A stretch of DNA of 62,482 bases, counting the filler, from Kipferlia bialata (lineage: Eukaryota), in assembly GCA_003568945.1 (NCBI GenBank). It is 3 parts of 3 records of this genome, joined end to end, with 100 filler letters (N's around TTAATTAATTAA, not from the genome) between each part and the next. Parts side by side here need not be neighbours in the genome. Positions count along the whole stretch, not along the records: positions 1 to 27,594 come from BDIP01000166.1; 2 more parts are not named here. One strand, given 5' to 3'. Under the pieces are notes generated by a model, which worked only from the letters and a program-made list of their open reading frames with translations, ran no database searches and was not told where the DNA came from. Below, in pieces: positions 1 through 14,007 of this stretch. Position numbers and translations under genes: made by a program. The first letter of the stretch is position 1, and each line of letters starts with the position of its first letter.

Positions 1-9
1 CAAGTATAC

Positions 10-3000
10 CTCTTGCACTGGAACCCATCCAGTCTGTACTCCCACTCATCGTAGCAGTCCTCAACCTGAGGGTGGATACTTGTGTGTGTATAACATATGT
101 ATTTATATGTTCTAATACCTCTTCCTCAGTGTAGTGGACCACACACATCTTGCAGTGGGAGCACCTAATCTCCTTACGATAGGCTGGGGTTAGTATCAGT
201 ATCAGATGAATGTATATGGAATTGTACTATAATAGTACTACAACTATATAGTAGTACACAGCTACAGTATATCTGCAAGTCATGTAGGTGAGTACGTGAT
301 CTCTCTACGATATGTAAGGGTCGGCAACAGCGAAAAGTGAGTAGACTTAATAGGAGGAGGAAGATACGGAAGAAAGTGCAGAATGAAGGGACTCCCTTCA
401 AATGAGTGGAAGGAGGGGGGGAGATGTCAATTATACAGCAACTATACTAGGCCACGTACTACTCTCTGAATAGGGAGCACTTGATCTCACTATGATGTGT
501 CAGAAGGTGAGCAAAAGTAGAGAGAGAGTATGGTACACTCTATGTGTTAGAAGGGGGGGGGGGGGGGGGGGGGGAATGGGTGCATATGGTACAATAGCAA
601 CTCCACAGTATGACAGCTCAGAGTCACTTACCTATCCCTATGTCAATACCCACATACATCTACACCACTGCATACACACATATATACACCTCTGTCCGTA
701 CCTCGTTCCAGTCCGGCCCCCTCATGACCCGGCCCCCACTCACGAGGTTGTCCATGGTCACCACGGCATCGTACGGGTACACAACCCCCTTGTACCCGGT
801 GGCCCTCTCTCTCTGTACCCCCATCTGCTGACCTTGGTTGGCACCGGGGGTGGGGCCCTCGGCCTGTCTGCTGGCCCTGGGGGGTAGAGCAGGGGGGTGT
901 ACATCTACAGGTACAGGGTACAAACACACATATATATACATATATCTGTGAGTGAGTGTGCCCATACCGTGTGTAGAGCTCCGTGCTGATAGCCTTCAGC
1001 TTCCTGGACAGGTCATGCACATGGCCCAGCAGGGCCTGGGGGGAGGGGGGGGGGGGGCAAATTGTAATATATATATATATTGCATTCGATGCATATGGCA
1101 GCCTCAGCGTGTCCATCATATCAGTGTCATTCTCACTGAGGTAAGAGGGTGAGTGCTATTTGAATCATCAAAGCATGGCTATATATATATTATATGAGTG
1201 TGTACATGCAGTACATCACCTGGACTTCTGTATCTATATATATGAGTGTGTATAAATATATATATACATGTCCTATCTACATATGTACCTGGACCTCAGT
1301 CCTCAGGGCGTTGATGTAGGGGGAGGGCCTGGGCACTGCAGTGGGCACGGGGGAGCAGTACTGGACGTCGTGCTTGGACTCATGTCCAACGCGGTACCTA
1401 CCGGTCAGAGGCCGTATATATACATGTATTCATACACATATATAGGTATGTATATGTGCGTCTGTATGAGGCATCATTCTACCCCATGCGTCATGTGCCG
1501 TGCACCTGTTTATGCTCTCCTTGCCCCACTGGACCCAGGCCCACCCTCTCTCCTGGTCCCTCCTCAGCAGCAGACCCTTGGACCCGGCACCCCCGTCCTG
1601 ATTCTGATAGGTCAGGGCATAGGGCATATGGCATAGGGCATAGGGTATAGGGCATATGGTATAGGGCAAAGGGTGTAGGGTGTAGGGTGAGGATAGGTCG
1701 AGGGAGACAGACACAGACATAGCCATATATGAGTGCGGTATCTGTGACTGCACACCGACACATATATACATATGCCGCACCTCCCACTCCCAGTCCGTCC
1801 CTCTCTCCACGTACAGGCCGCACCGGATGTGGTCCCAGTCGATGGTCCTGGTCACACACCCGTCACTGTACACCAGGTCATACCGGTGCTGGTACCCGGC
1901 CCGGTAGCTGTTGGTCTCCCCGGACTCCCACCTCAGGTGAGACACATGCCATGATACATGATACATGGAGCCACATGGAACATACTGTTATATACTGTGG
2001 ATACATAAAGCCCCAGCCTCCATCCCATACTGATGCATACACCCCACCTGACGTTGACCCAGCCCTGCTTGTCCTGACACTCGCCCTGCACCACACCCTG
2101 CCCAGACGCCCCGTCCTGGTCAGACCACTACGGGTGAGGGGGGGGGGGTATAGTGATATGGGTGAGGGGGGGGGGGATATAGTGATACGCACATACGAGG
2201 ATAAGGACAAGGGGTGTCAGGGTGCAGAGGTGTATACAGAAATGTGTCACACATATACATAGCTATATACGTATCATATACATTTCAATAGATGTAGCTG
2301 TAGGTAAGAGTGCGTCACAAGTAAGGTAGGAAGACCCAACAACATAGCAATAGTGTGCCTACGGTTATACGTGTATAACGCATTGTAATATCGCCACCCA
2401 CCTGCCAGTCGGGACCCCTGCTGACACTGACATTGCGACGCAGCCTAGAGGTGAGGGCACTAGACTGTACATCTATATACATTAATATACATGCGCCATG
2501 TACACGTATTCTTGACGGATTGGGCCATGGCCGAGTTACTGGTGGCGGATTAACCCCACACATAGACATATATACATACACACACACACATACACACATA
2601 TCCCATGCCCACCTGGCCACATCCACCACCGCTGCTGTCTCCTCCTCCCCACTGGCGTCTCCCCTCCTCAGCCTGGTGATCACAGTGCTCATACGCTCAA
2701 TCTCGGCCTGGGCCGCACTGAGCCTCTGGGCAGTCTGGGGGTGGGGGGGGGGGGTATCTAAACACATACAGGGTGTTATGGACCACGTGCCCCTCACCTT
2801 CCATATATATACATGTATACCTTCCGGGTGTCCTTGGCCTGGGGGGCCCTTGCCCTCAGCAGGGACACGGCGTCTGACACGGGGGACTGGTCCTCGGAGT
2901 AGACAAGGGACCTGGGGGGTGAGGGACTGACATAGACGCATGGGGGTATGTATATATCGGGATGAGAAGAGAGAGATGGTAATATGAATGAGTGTACATG

Positions 3001-3577
3001 ACCCTGCATGTGCACATCCACGCATGCCCCACCTCTCCTTGTTCCCTATCTGGTGTATGTCATACAGGGCATCGGACGGGGCCAGCACCCCAGGCATGGC
3101 CCCCTCTCTCACGGCTGCCTGTCTCCTTGCCCTGTCCCACCGCACACTCACCGTGGAGGGACCCAGCACAGCCACAATCACACCCCGCATGCTGAGGCCG
3201 GCCTTGGTGGGGGCCTCGCCCTTAGACACTGCCCCTGCCCCCGGTGCCTGGCAGGAGGGGTTGAGCTGCACCACTGCCCCCACCCGCACAGAGGCAGGGG
3301 TCACCTCGGCATGGGGCACCACAGACTGGGGTGGGGGGGGGGGAAGGGATATATACATAGAGGTATCCAAGTAAGGAATGCATCCCACCTGGTTGCGGAC
3401 GAGGCACCACCGCTGCTGGGTGAAGTTGTTGGCCAGGGCCCACTGGGCTAGACGCTCAGGCCGGGTCAGCTCCTCCACCTGTCTCTGCACCGTGTGTCCC
3501 TCCCCCTGCAGGGCATGCAACCGGGCATCAATGTGCACAGGGGCCAGGGTGGTGGTGTTGTCTCGGTTGGACTGAAC
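10..3577 (-). CDS. Multi-exon gene, partial at both ends, encoding a protein with tandem MIB/HERC2 domains preceded by a coiled segment
   Basis: Spliced exons give VSRGPDWQ|WSDQDGASGQGVVQGECQDKQGWVNVR|WESGETNSYRAGYQHRYDL, then VERGTDWEWE|NQDGGAGSKG...GWAWVQW, and a third GGRVMRGPDWNE. These match the RGPDWxWxxQDG...WxxG..NxYRxG...YDL MIB/HERC2 signature. Introns are GT-AG. The 5' end lies in the N-gap and the 3' end runs off the window. Confidence 0.8.
1616..1690. repeat. Intronic 7-nt minisatellite (gcatagg/gcatatg/gtatagg/gtgtagg)
   Basis: Directly visible degenerate heptamer tandem array inside an intron of the MIB/HERC2 gene. Confidence 0.8.
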
Positions 3578-3625
3578 CTGACATCAATGGGGGGGGGGGG
3601 GGGGACATCCTTGGGAAAAAAAATT

Positions 3626-4487
3626 NNNNNNNNNNNNNNNNNNNNNNNNNNNNNNNNNNNNNNNNNNNNNNNNNNNNNNNNNNNNNNNNNNNNNNNNNNN
3701 NNNNNNNNNNNNNNNNNNNNNNNNNNNNNNNNNNNNNNNNNNNNNNNNNNNNNNNNNNNNNNNNNNNNNNNNNNNNNNNNNNNNNNNNNNNNNNNNNNNN
3801 NNNNNNNNNNNNNNNNNNNNNNNNNNNNNNNNNNNNNNNNNNNNNNNNNNNNNNNNNNNNNNNNNNNNNNNNNNNNNNNNNNNNNNNNNNNNNNNNNNNN
3901 NNNNNNNNNNNNNNNNNNNNNNNNNNNNNNNNNNNNNNNNNNNNNNNNNNNNNNNNNNNNNNNNNNNNNNNNNNNNNNNNNNNNNNNNNNNNNNNNNNNN
4001 NNNNNNNNNNNNNNNNNNNNNNNNNNNNNNNNNNNNNNNNNNNNNNNNNNNNNNNNNNNNNNNNNNNNNNNNNNNNNNNNNNNNNNNNNNNNNNNNNNNN
4101 NNNNNNNNNNNNNNNNNNNNNNNNNNNNNNNNNNNNNNNNNNNNNNNNNNNNNNNNNNNNNNNNNNNNNNNNNNNNNNNNNNNNNNNNNNNNNNNNNNNN
4201 NNNNNNNNNNNNNNNNNNNNNNNNNNNNNNNNNNNNNNNNNNNNNNNNNNNNNNNNNNNNNNNNNNNNNNNNNNNNNNNNNNNNNNNNNNNNNNNNNNNN
4301 NNNNNNNNNNNNNNNNNNNNNNNNNNNNNNNNNNNNNNNNNNNNNNNNNNNNNNNNNNNNNNNNNNNNNNNNNNNNNNNNNNNNNNNNNNNNNNNNNNNN
4401 NNNNNNNNNNNNNNNNNNNNNNNNNNNNNNNNNNNNNNNNNNNNNNNNNNNNNNNNNNNNNNNNNNNNNNNNNNNNNNNNNNNNNNN
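3626..4487. other. Scaffold gap (N run) hiding the 5' ends of two divergent genes
   Basis: N run. Both flanking genes begin with acceptor-preceded exons pointing away from the gap. Confidence 0.95.
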
Positions 4488-4589
4488 CGGCACCCCCCCC
4501 CCCCCCCCTCCCTCCCTGCCGCCCGCACTCTCCCATTCTCTCTCACCTTCACACACTATATTGGCTCTCCTCTTCTCTAACTATTTCAG

Positions 4590-5514
4590 GACCCATGCCG
4601 AGGCCATCCAGTCCCGTATCTCAGCTGCTGCAACTGCATCTGAGGGAGTGGAAGAGGGAGAGGCTGCTGAGGTTGTGCCTGACCCCATGGCGCCTGTGTC
4701 ATCAGAGACACTGCAGGAGAGCCTGTACGAGCTACCACCCCTAGGTACCATCTCTCTCTCTCTTTCTCTGTCTGTCTCTCCCCTCATATCTCCCTGACCC
4801 CCTCAGGAGTGGAGGCTGACATTGTCCGCACTGTCTATACCTCCATCAACGGTGGGTCAGGGTGTGAAGGCGAGGAGGGCATGGGTTTCACCCTCTACGG
4901 CAGTGATGTCACCCTAGACCTGCCAGACACAGACACAGACACCATGGGTCAGGGTACAGTCAGGGTGGTGCCAGGCGTGTCGCCCATATCACTCCCCACA
5001 CTTCTAAAGGGACAGCCCATAGCCCTGATGCAGGTAGAATAGTTGAGTTCAGTCCTTGAGTTGAGTAGTTGTAGGTTATACTCTGATTCATAGTCTCACC
5101 CCTCAGATCTGGTACTCTCTTCTGAGGAATGGGCGTGTGTGCGTGTACCACCCCTCAGGCAGAGTGTCCTCTGAGGCCGCCCTCTCCCTGTCCTACCTGG
5201 CACAGCCCCTGAGGCTTCTTCCGCGTATCATCCCATCCCTCACGCTATCCCTGCTGTCAACTCTTCAGGTACTCTCTCTCTTTACTGAGTACACACTCTC
5301 ACTGTACTAATTTCTCTCTCTTACCGTAGGACACAGCAGACAAGGGGCCTGAGGGTCTGATTGGCGACCCTCTGAGTGAGGTGGAGGGGGTGGAGGCTGT
5401 ATACCCGGGTATATCCCTGGCAGACAAGTCGCAGTGTCTGTGTGGTGTCACAAACCCAGTGCTGAAGGTAGGGCAGTGTATGATCATTTCTTTCTCAATG
5501 TGTCCCTCCTCTCA

Positions 5515-5548
<34 letters not shown>

Positions 5549-8500
5549 CCTCCCTCCCATTCACTCTATCAGGACAACCCCTCTCTCTGGGACTGTGTCA
5601 TTGACCTGGAGACTCGTACAGTCACCCTGCCCTTGGACGCAGACCAGAAAGTACGTGCAGTACGTCCTTGTATGCCCAAATGTATCATTCCGTCTCTAAC
5701 AAATACAGGAGACAGACGTGAAACCTGGTAGCAGGGACTGCAAGTTCGCGTCATACCTCTTGGCAGGGCATGAGGTGGGTACCCACTCGACTCTCATATG
5801 ACTCTATCAGGAGTACAATGACACCTTGTCACTGTATTTGACATGCGAACTGATAGCAGGACGAGAACCGGAGTGACGCCTGGGTCATTGAGCAGTGGCA
5901 CCTGTACACTGAGAGTATGCTGAGGCACCACCTGGGGGCTAGGGAGGGGGATGCTGACCCAGCCCTTGCAATGCGGAGGGGGAGTGTGTCGGTGTCGGCA
6001 GCGGCATCCTCAGACACCCTGTACAGTCATCACATTACACAGGTACGGGACTCTCATGCAATACACTCAATGTGGAGCAGATACCTGGAATCTCCTATGT
6101 AAAGATGGACACACGAATTGGCACTCATTCTCAGGACACTCCCTCCAAGCACCACGTAGCCCTTATCTACCCCGGTCTGGGTGGGTACGCTCCCTACACC
6201 CAGTGGGTGAAGGCAGAGGCTAGGTTCGTTAAAGTCTACCATACCGCTTTACCCATTACCACGTCCCCCACCTCTCTCTCTCACCCCAGGGCCGATGCCC
6301 GTGCCGCCAAGAGGTATGCCAGGGAGGGTGCTGCATCCCTACTAGCCATGAGACAGGGTACGGTGGGGGAGAGGGGGACCCCGGCCACGGTGCTAGGGGT
6401 CGTCAAGGGACTCAGTGCATACATCACTCAGACACAGCCCTCAGAGACTGAGGGTGAGGGTGAGGGAGAGGGAGTGGCCGAGGTCCGGCGTGACCTGTCG
6501 AGGATGGAGGTGGCAGAGAGGGCCAAGCTCTTCTCTGCCCTGGACAGGGTCATGGGGGAGGGGGATGCCCCAGACACCCCGACCCTATCTGCCTGGGTGA
6601 CCTCGTCGCTGATGCCAGTGTGCTGTGCGTACATCCACTCGGATGTGTCAAGGCTCAGAGAGTATGCAGCCACGGCCCTGGCCAGACTGGGTGTCTATGT
6701 GGCAGAGGCAACGGGAGAGGAGGCTGACCTGGCTAACCTCAGCCAGACATACATATTCCAGGTGAGTAAAGATACCACTCTCTCTCAATATTTTCTGTTG
6801 TAGACTTGGTCCCTTCGTCCCTCACCATCCAGGTGTCCCTCTCTGTGTCCCTACCAGGTCTGCTCTCTGACCCCCTCCCCTGTGTGAGGAGTGCCGGGTG
6901 TCTCCTCTCTAGGGCAGTGTGCATGGTGGCAGGGGGGGTGGACATGCTCATCAGATGTCGTAATGACATGGAGGGAGAGGGCATAGCCAGCATCGACTGC
7001 GACTCTCCCTCCCTCATCCACTCCCTCGTGTCCATATCACTCTCAGACCCGGAGGAGGTCTGTCTGGCCGCATCTCGGGACGCCCTCCACCTAGTATACA
7101 GGTGAGACAGGGGGTGACTTTCAGTATACATACATACTCTTACCCCTCACTTCTGCAGCCTCTGACCTCCCAGGCGTGTCTTGTCAGACACCTTCGCCAC
7201 TAAGGATGGCCCCCGTGTACTTCCCCCCATGCCGCCCCAGTGGCTATTGGTACAGTGGTGCAAGGGCCTACTCTCCCCAGACCCCAAGGTGGGGGTGTGT
7301 CCGATACACGTACATGTATATAGCAACGCTTCCCTCACCCCCAGGTCAGCAGCAGCACCTGCTCTCTGCTGGATGCTCTGTTTGTCGATGTCCCTGCCTG
7401 CATCGGCATAGTGCACACCCTCTGTGGGATGGGGGTGGGGGGGACAACGGGGGGAGGGGTCACCGGAATCATGAAGGTACCCACATGCAAACACACATCG
7501 ATATAGACATGTCTTACGCAGCTCTTGCACTCTCTGTATATGTCTCTTCTCACCCTCAGGAGATCTGCTACAGAGGATACCTGCACACCAGACGTGTGTT
7601 GACAGGTGGTGAGGAGGAGGAGGGAGAGGGAGAGGGAGAGGAGGAGACAGACGAGGAGGAAGGGGCTATCGAGTACCTGATGAAGGGATCCCTCGCGCTC
7701 TCCCCCCCTTACGCCTCCCCCTCTGCTACCGATGCCCTTCTGCCCAACCGCCTCACTGCCTACGCGATGTGCCACTTCCTCAACCTCCTGGATATAGTAG
7801 ATGAGGATAGGGAGACAGTGGAAGGGTCCATGCACGGTGGTACACTCGACAGTGTGGAGGAGGTGGCAGGGAGGCTGTCCTCCTCCCCGGCCCTTGCCTA
7901 TGCGTGGCTAGTACCCAGACACGACACCCTCAAGATGGCCACCCAGAAGACAATATCTAACCCCCTGGCAAGGTATGTGTTCCATATCCCATGCTACTTC
8001 ATTTTGTGACACAAAGACTGAACGTGTTTCTCACCCCCAGGCGTAGAGAGAGTGTCCCTGAGAGGGAGGAGCTCCCAGCAGACGTCAGGGCATTCCTGAG
8101 GTGGGTTGAATCATATAGCATATCAGTTGTCTCCCCCTTGTCTCTCACCCCAGTGCCTATGAGTCTGAGCGCTACCGCAACCTCCCCACCCCTTCTGTCG
8201 TCCTTGACATACTGCACCAGGCTGAGGAGGAGGCAGAGGCAGAGGCCCCTTCTGAGGGCACCCTTGCCATCGAGAGTGAAACCTCATCTGCCTCCAGCCC
8301 CGCCTTCCCCCTCGCCTTCCTTGTACGTGTTGCTGGGTACCTCTCCTCCCAGTCTATCGGCTGGGACGTGCCCCTGGTTGGCATAGAGGGTTACCTACCC
8401 AATGCGTGTGTGGGCAGGAAGAGGGTAGAGACGACGCCCTTCCTCGGCCTAGTCCACACCCTGCACAACCCAGTCTCAGAGGCCCATGCCCACATCCTAT

Positions 8501-10472
8501 CCCTACTGCACGGTGTGGTGTCGGCATCTGGCAGGGCAGGGGATAGGATGCTCAGCTATGCAGGGGGAGACATCCTGTCTGTGCTGCCCAAACTGCTGAG
8601 CTCCACAGACATCCCCCCCCTGCACCCCCTAGATGCCTCAGGTGGTGAGGCTGTTGGGTTAGACATGGCCATACATGGGTTACAGTCTGCCATCAGTGAC
8701 GGGCTGATGCTTATGCACAACGAAGGGAAGGAGAGAGAGAGAGAAACTACCAGAGTGCAGACCACCGCTGCATTCAGGGCCAACCACCTTCTGTCCCAGG
8801 CTCTGGCTGTGCTCTCACTTTACGTGGCACAGCTACCCAAGACCACTGACGCCCACACCCACCTCGACCACCAGACTGACACCCATCACGAGGGTGAGGA
8901 GGGGACAAATGCATCCCCACCTCCCTCCCCAGGGGTGACTAAGGAGGGTGAGGGGGAGGTACAGCCCATACCTGTGGTGCCAGGAGTTGAGACAGACAGG
9001 CCCCCCATAAACCCCTGTGTGAGTGCTGCCTTGACCCCCCTCCTAGACAGGCTAGATGCCATGCTGCTGGGGCTAAGGCAGAACGACAGAGACAGGGTGG
9101 CAGTAGATCCTGTGGTGGTTGAGAACCTGAGGGTGGCCGGGGAGTGCACTGCTGCCCTGACTCAGTGGGTCACATCCAGTGCATACCCCTTGCTGAGAGT
9201 GGTGGGTGTGGCTGACGCCCTGACCCCCTCCTCGCCCCTGTCCCCTGTGGTGCAGGGTATGGACATGGGCATGGGAATGGCTGATGACGGCATGTACGCC
9301 ATGGACGCCCCTCCTCTGGCTGGGGTGGTGCCAGGGCCCGGGTCCTCAGAGATAGAGACCAGGTCAGGGGCTCTATCGGACGAGGGAGAGGCAGAGGCAG
9401 AGGGTGAAGGCGAGGGAGAGGGAGAGGGAGAGGAGGAGACTGCAGAGGCCCCCCTCGACCCAGGCTCCCAGGCCCTCATCGCCTATGTCCAGACCCTGTA
9501 CTCCCTCACCTCGGGCCTCATTGCCAATGCCCTCAACTCCTCCCTGCCTGCTGTTCGTGCCCTAGTACCCTATCTAGAGTCGAGTCAGGCACAGACAGGC
9601 AAGGGGGTGGGCAGAGAGGTCCTGGGTGAGAGGAGGGCTCGGCAGTCCCTGGTAGACGCCCACTCCTTAGGTGTTGGTGCCTTCCTGCGGGTGCTGTCCG
9701 GCCATCTGTCTGAGGAGGCCGAGGGCGAGGAGGAGGCCGACGACGGGCAGGGGCGTATGGCCATCAACTACAGACCCATCAGAGACAAGGACGGACTCGT
9801 GGACGGCGCCTTGTTCCCCCCTGTGACTAAGGTGCGGAGGTCGTCTCGCTGCTGCTGGGCTATTGTAGTAAGTATCTCTAGAGTGACTGCAATTCTATAT
9901 ATATGCTAACCATCAGGTTGTTGTGCCCGTTGGATATATGGGGGCTGCCCCGTGGAGACCATTGGCAAGGTGGGGCTATCCGTGTCTCCCCATGGTTTCC
10001 CTCTCTCCTCCCACTCGTCCTCACCCTCAGCATACCCAATGATTGGCACAACAGTGGCACCCCTCTCCTGAGGGCCAGTGGGGACCACATGCCCTCTCTG
10101 CAGACAGGTGTGTCGCAGTATATGTACACATATACATGTGTGTGCGTGTATAGTTACCATCCCCTGACCCCCAGCCCAGGGCAGTGCTGTGTACTCTGGG
10201 GTGGATACTCTGTCGACATCACTGGCCCTCTCCCTCCTCAAGGACGCCAAGAAGACCAAGCCTCCTCAGTACCTAGCTGATCTGGGTATCGAGGGTCTCC
10301 TGGTCAAGAACCCTGGGTACGGTTGAAGTGTTCATTCTGATGTTTGCATCTCTGACCTTGTATGTATTCCTTCGCTATGCCTATATCTCACTCTAGGTAC
10401 ATGTCCTCCAAGGTGGAGGCCAAGAAGATGAACAAGAAGAGGCAGAGGTCCAAGGCCTACACCTTCTGGTGA
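4590..10472 (+). CDS. Large multi-exon protein (5' partial): SPA/Afi1/AVL9-type DENN-like N-terminal region followed by ARM/HEAT-like helical repeats with acidic inserts
   Basis: Spliced peptide VYPGISLADKSQCLCGVTNPVLK|DNPSLWDCVIDLETRTV resembles the GVTNP....WWD.LCD motif of SPA/MesA/Afi1 DENN modules. SDAWVIEQWHLYTESML resembles the AVL9-type d-DENN helix. Long helical exons at 6291-6761 and about 8220-9831. The last exon reads YMSSKVEAKKMNKKRQRSKAYTFW with TGA at 10470-10472. Confidence 0.65.
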
Positions 10473-10750
10473 TTGTTGTACCAACTTATGTCGCAGTGTA
10501 TCGTAATAGAGAACTAACATATAGAATGGTATCGATCGAAAGGTGTATATGTCTAAGGTTGTTGGTAACTTCTAACGTGTTGTTCCCATTCTGGGGTACT
10601 AACTGTCTGTCTCAACTTGTGCCGAATGATCCAGAGACTCTGCTGGAGTTGAAACCCTACACAGGTCGGCATCCATAGCGGCAACACACCCAGAACAAGG
10701 CAGTCATTGTGGCGGTGCATAGAGCTAGGCTTTTCATTGCTTGTGGACCA

Positions 10751-11015
10751 CAATGTCACATTGATTTCATTGTCACAATGATTGTGACAATGTGGGACCC
10801 ACAGGTTAAGATGACACTATCTCCTGGTCAGACCTAGAAGGAGTGCCGCGAATGAGGGTCAACTCATCGTTCCTACACGCAATCTCGCGGATAGAAGTAT
10901 ACAGTTACGCCAGATTGCCAGTTCATTTGCATGTTCATATGCAATTTTGCCCCGTTTTCGCAACGTCTGACTAGTCACGGGCCGAAGGCGACTTGTCAGC
11001 TTTCGGCATCGAGTC
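10751..11015. promoter_or_regulatory. Intergenic cluster of palindromes and hairpins upstream of the membrane-protein gene
   Basis: caatgt-c-acattg (10751-10763), perfect cattgtcacaat-g-attgtgacaatg (10768-10792), ccgcga...tcgcgg with inner atgag/ctcat (about 10847-10889), ttgcat...atgcaa (10927-10944) and gccgaag...tttcggc (10981-11007). Function is not demonstrated. Confidence 0.35.
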
Positions 11016-11071
11016 ACGTTGCTGTTGGGACCGCATTCTTCTCTATCTGACCATCAAACACAAAGACAGCC

Positions 11072-12068
11072 ATGGTATCTGCTACCCTGCTCCTCTTGTT
11101 TGCTGTTCTGGCCATCGGTGCCGCCTCTACACCCTTCCTACCCAAGGTCCCAACAACTGAGTTGTTTTCTTTCAATCTCCCAACACTTCCTCGCTTTTCC
11201 ACCCACCCAGGAGGACCCCTATCTAGACGACGACGGCATTGAGTGGTACAACGCATCTTCCGGCTCTTTTTCTGACAAGGTATGCATGTTTCTGACCTCA
11301 TGATCCGTTCCATTGGCGCTGTGATAGGGATGACAATTCAGAGTGTTCACACCAGGACATCACAGCGGGTCAGTGGGGATATGGCGCTCTCATCTGTCCT
11401 ACCGAAGCGTCCAGCGTGAGTATCAGCTGCACTGTCTCACCCGACGCTGCCACCGAGAACCTGGTGAGTGTTGAGTGTGCTACTAGGCCAAGTATAGGTA
11501 TCTTTTCATGTACTGATTGGTAATATGGCCACTTCTTCTGACACTGACACCAGCTGGAAGAAGACGAGGGCATCCGTATGATGTCTGTGGGGAATATGGA
11601 CCCTGTGGTACGCCTTTCAGCCATACGACTAAGATACTCTCCATCTCTGTGTGTCACTCTCACTCTCCATACGCACACAACCCACTCCAAGGCCGTTGTC
11701 TCTCTCTCTCTCTTATCCCAGGCCCACATCTTCACAAACCCCACTCCCTATGAGGCGTTCGGATCCTGCTGGTACGACGAGGTATGATTGCTGATCGTTG
11801 TCAGAATGTTTCCTCCCTGCTCTTGTGGCAAAGCTTGTCATGCAGTTGGTAAGAGTTCTCACCCAACACAGAGACTTCTTCGATCCATGTCTCACTCACA
11901 GGTTTCCGTCACCTTCCCGCTCACCTCGGACATCCCCTGTGTAGTGCTACAGGCCACATCATCGGTGCGTTGGTCTGCTTCTCTCTCCCTTCCCCTATCT
12001 CTCTTCCCGTAGGTATTTCTACACTACTTACGACATCCTGAACACCACCGTTGAACATATAACCCATT

Positions 12069-12105
<37 letters not shown>

Positions 12106-13973
12106 AGCCGTCTCTCCCCTCCCTCAGGCTTCAGGCTACCTTCCCAACGTGTTCTCTCTCTCTTTCTCATCCCAGGTTACAGGTGCCGCTCTCTCATGCG
12201 AGTATGTCAGCGACCCGGCAGAGCAGGCGACGCAGACCGCTGTGACGGGTATGTCTCTCTCTCTCAGTCTCTGGCTCTCGCCCCCCCCCCCCCCTCCCTC
12301 TCTTTGTCTGTCTCCTCTCTCTCCGCCACCTGTCTTCCCTTAGGTGTTCCCGACTTGGATGAGGGAATGTGGTATACGGAGAGCGCTGGAGAGATCAGTT
12401 TGAACTTCACAGACAAGGTGGGTTGATACTGATAGTAATTCCGATTACAAGTCTGGTATCCTGTCTGCTTCTTTCCCTATGTGCCCCCCCCCCCTCTCTC
12501 TCTCCTCTCCCCCTTCCCCACACTCCGCCATTCACTCCAGCCCTTCAATGTGATATGCCCTGGGGAGGTGACCTCCCTCCGCGTCGTCTGTGACGTAGAG
12601 GACGGGGTGAACACAGATGAGGAGAACGTGATGCTCTATCTATTGGAGGTGGGATTAGGACAGCATTCCTTGGATTATCCTTTCGTTATCATCGCTCCCT
12701 CCCTTCTGTCCGTCTCACGTCCTCCCCCCCCCTCTTACTCACATACCTCGCTCGATGCTGCCACGCGTTCCAACCCTTCCACCTTTGCCGACGCTGATGC
12801 ACTGACGTCGTCAGCGGAGAGGCAAGTGCTCTCACTCTTATTATCACTTCCCCTTGTTTCCTCTCACTCCCAGCGTTCTTATGTTCATGGTAGTGGCCAG
12901 TATGGATACGGTGGTGGAACTGGAGGTGAGGGTCTATCCAAAGGGAATTTTCTAGACTTGTGCCCCATGTATGCCCCCTACCTATGCTCTCTTCACTATA
13001 TATCCATCTCTCCCCTGGTTGGACTGGTGATCAGTGGATGCTTCCCATCTGTGACCTCTCTCTCCGCCACAGAGAACCCGCCCCCCCCTCCCACAGCCAC
13101 TCCATTACCATACACTCCTCTCACGTAAGAACGTGGACTCCTGCGTTGTCTTGAGAGGCTTCTACAGTGCAGGCGATGCCTCTGGTGAGTGATAGGTATC
13201 TCTATCGGATCTTGCATCACTTTTAGCCTCTACAAAACTGATACAAGTCTGCAATGGTATATATGTCTCTGTTGACTAATCATTGACAGACAGTACAACC
13301 TATATCAATATCAATTAGAACAGGTATATCTTACACCTCCACACTGTTACACTCTCTTTCGCTCAACACCATGTGGATGTATATATATAGTAGTATGAAT
13401 ATGTATCTATGTAGGTTCGTACCCCTGACCCTACTGACCCAGGCATGTCCTGCTCCTATATATATAGATACATATATATATATATGCATGTTATATAACC
13501 TTGTACTATACTGACCCAGGTATGTCCTGCTCCTATGCCCCTGTGTCAGAGGGGCCAGAGGACGGCAACGAGGAGGACCCCGAGGACGGTAGCGGTATTG
13601 ACCCAGGTACGGCCTGATCCTCCTCTCTCCTCCCTCTGTGTCTCTCTATCACTCGTCAAGGGGTACCCACCTTCGTCTGTACATACTCACAGTGACACTT
13701 ATGCTGTGTCTCTCTCTTCCTACGTTCACCCCCCCCCCCCACCCCAGTCGTCATTGGCATCGTGGCAGGTGTCGCTGTGGTGGTACTGGCAGTGGCAGCA
13801 TACTTCCTGCTCAGGTATTCCTCTCTCTCTCTCTCCTCCTCCAGTGGAGGACCTCCACCCTATCATTATCTCTCCTTCTTACTCACGTGACTTAGGTCCA
13901 AGGAACCTAAGGCCACCCCTGTCGAGTTCATGGCCCATGTCGGTGCCCCAGTTCTCATGGTACTATGAGAGTA

Positions 13974-14007
<34 letters not shown>

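Noticed and set aside
3466..4744. Long ORFs containing X runs (also 56663-57853)
   Set aside because: They stay open only because they cross N gaps.
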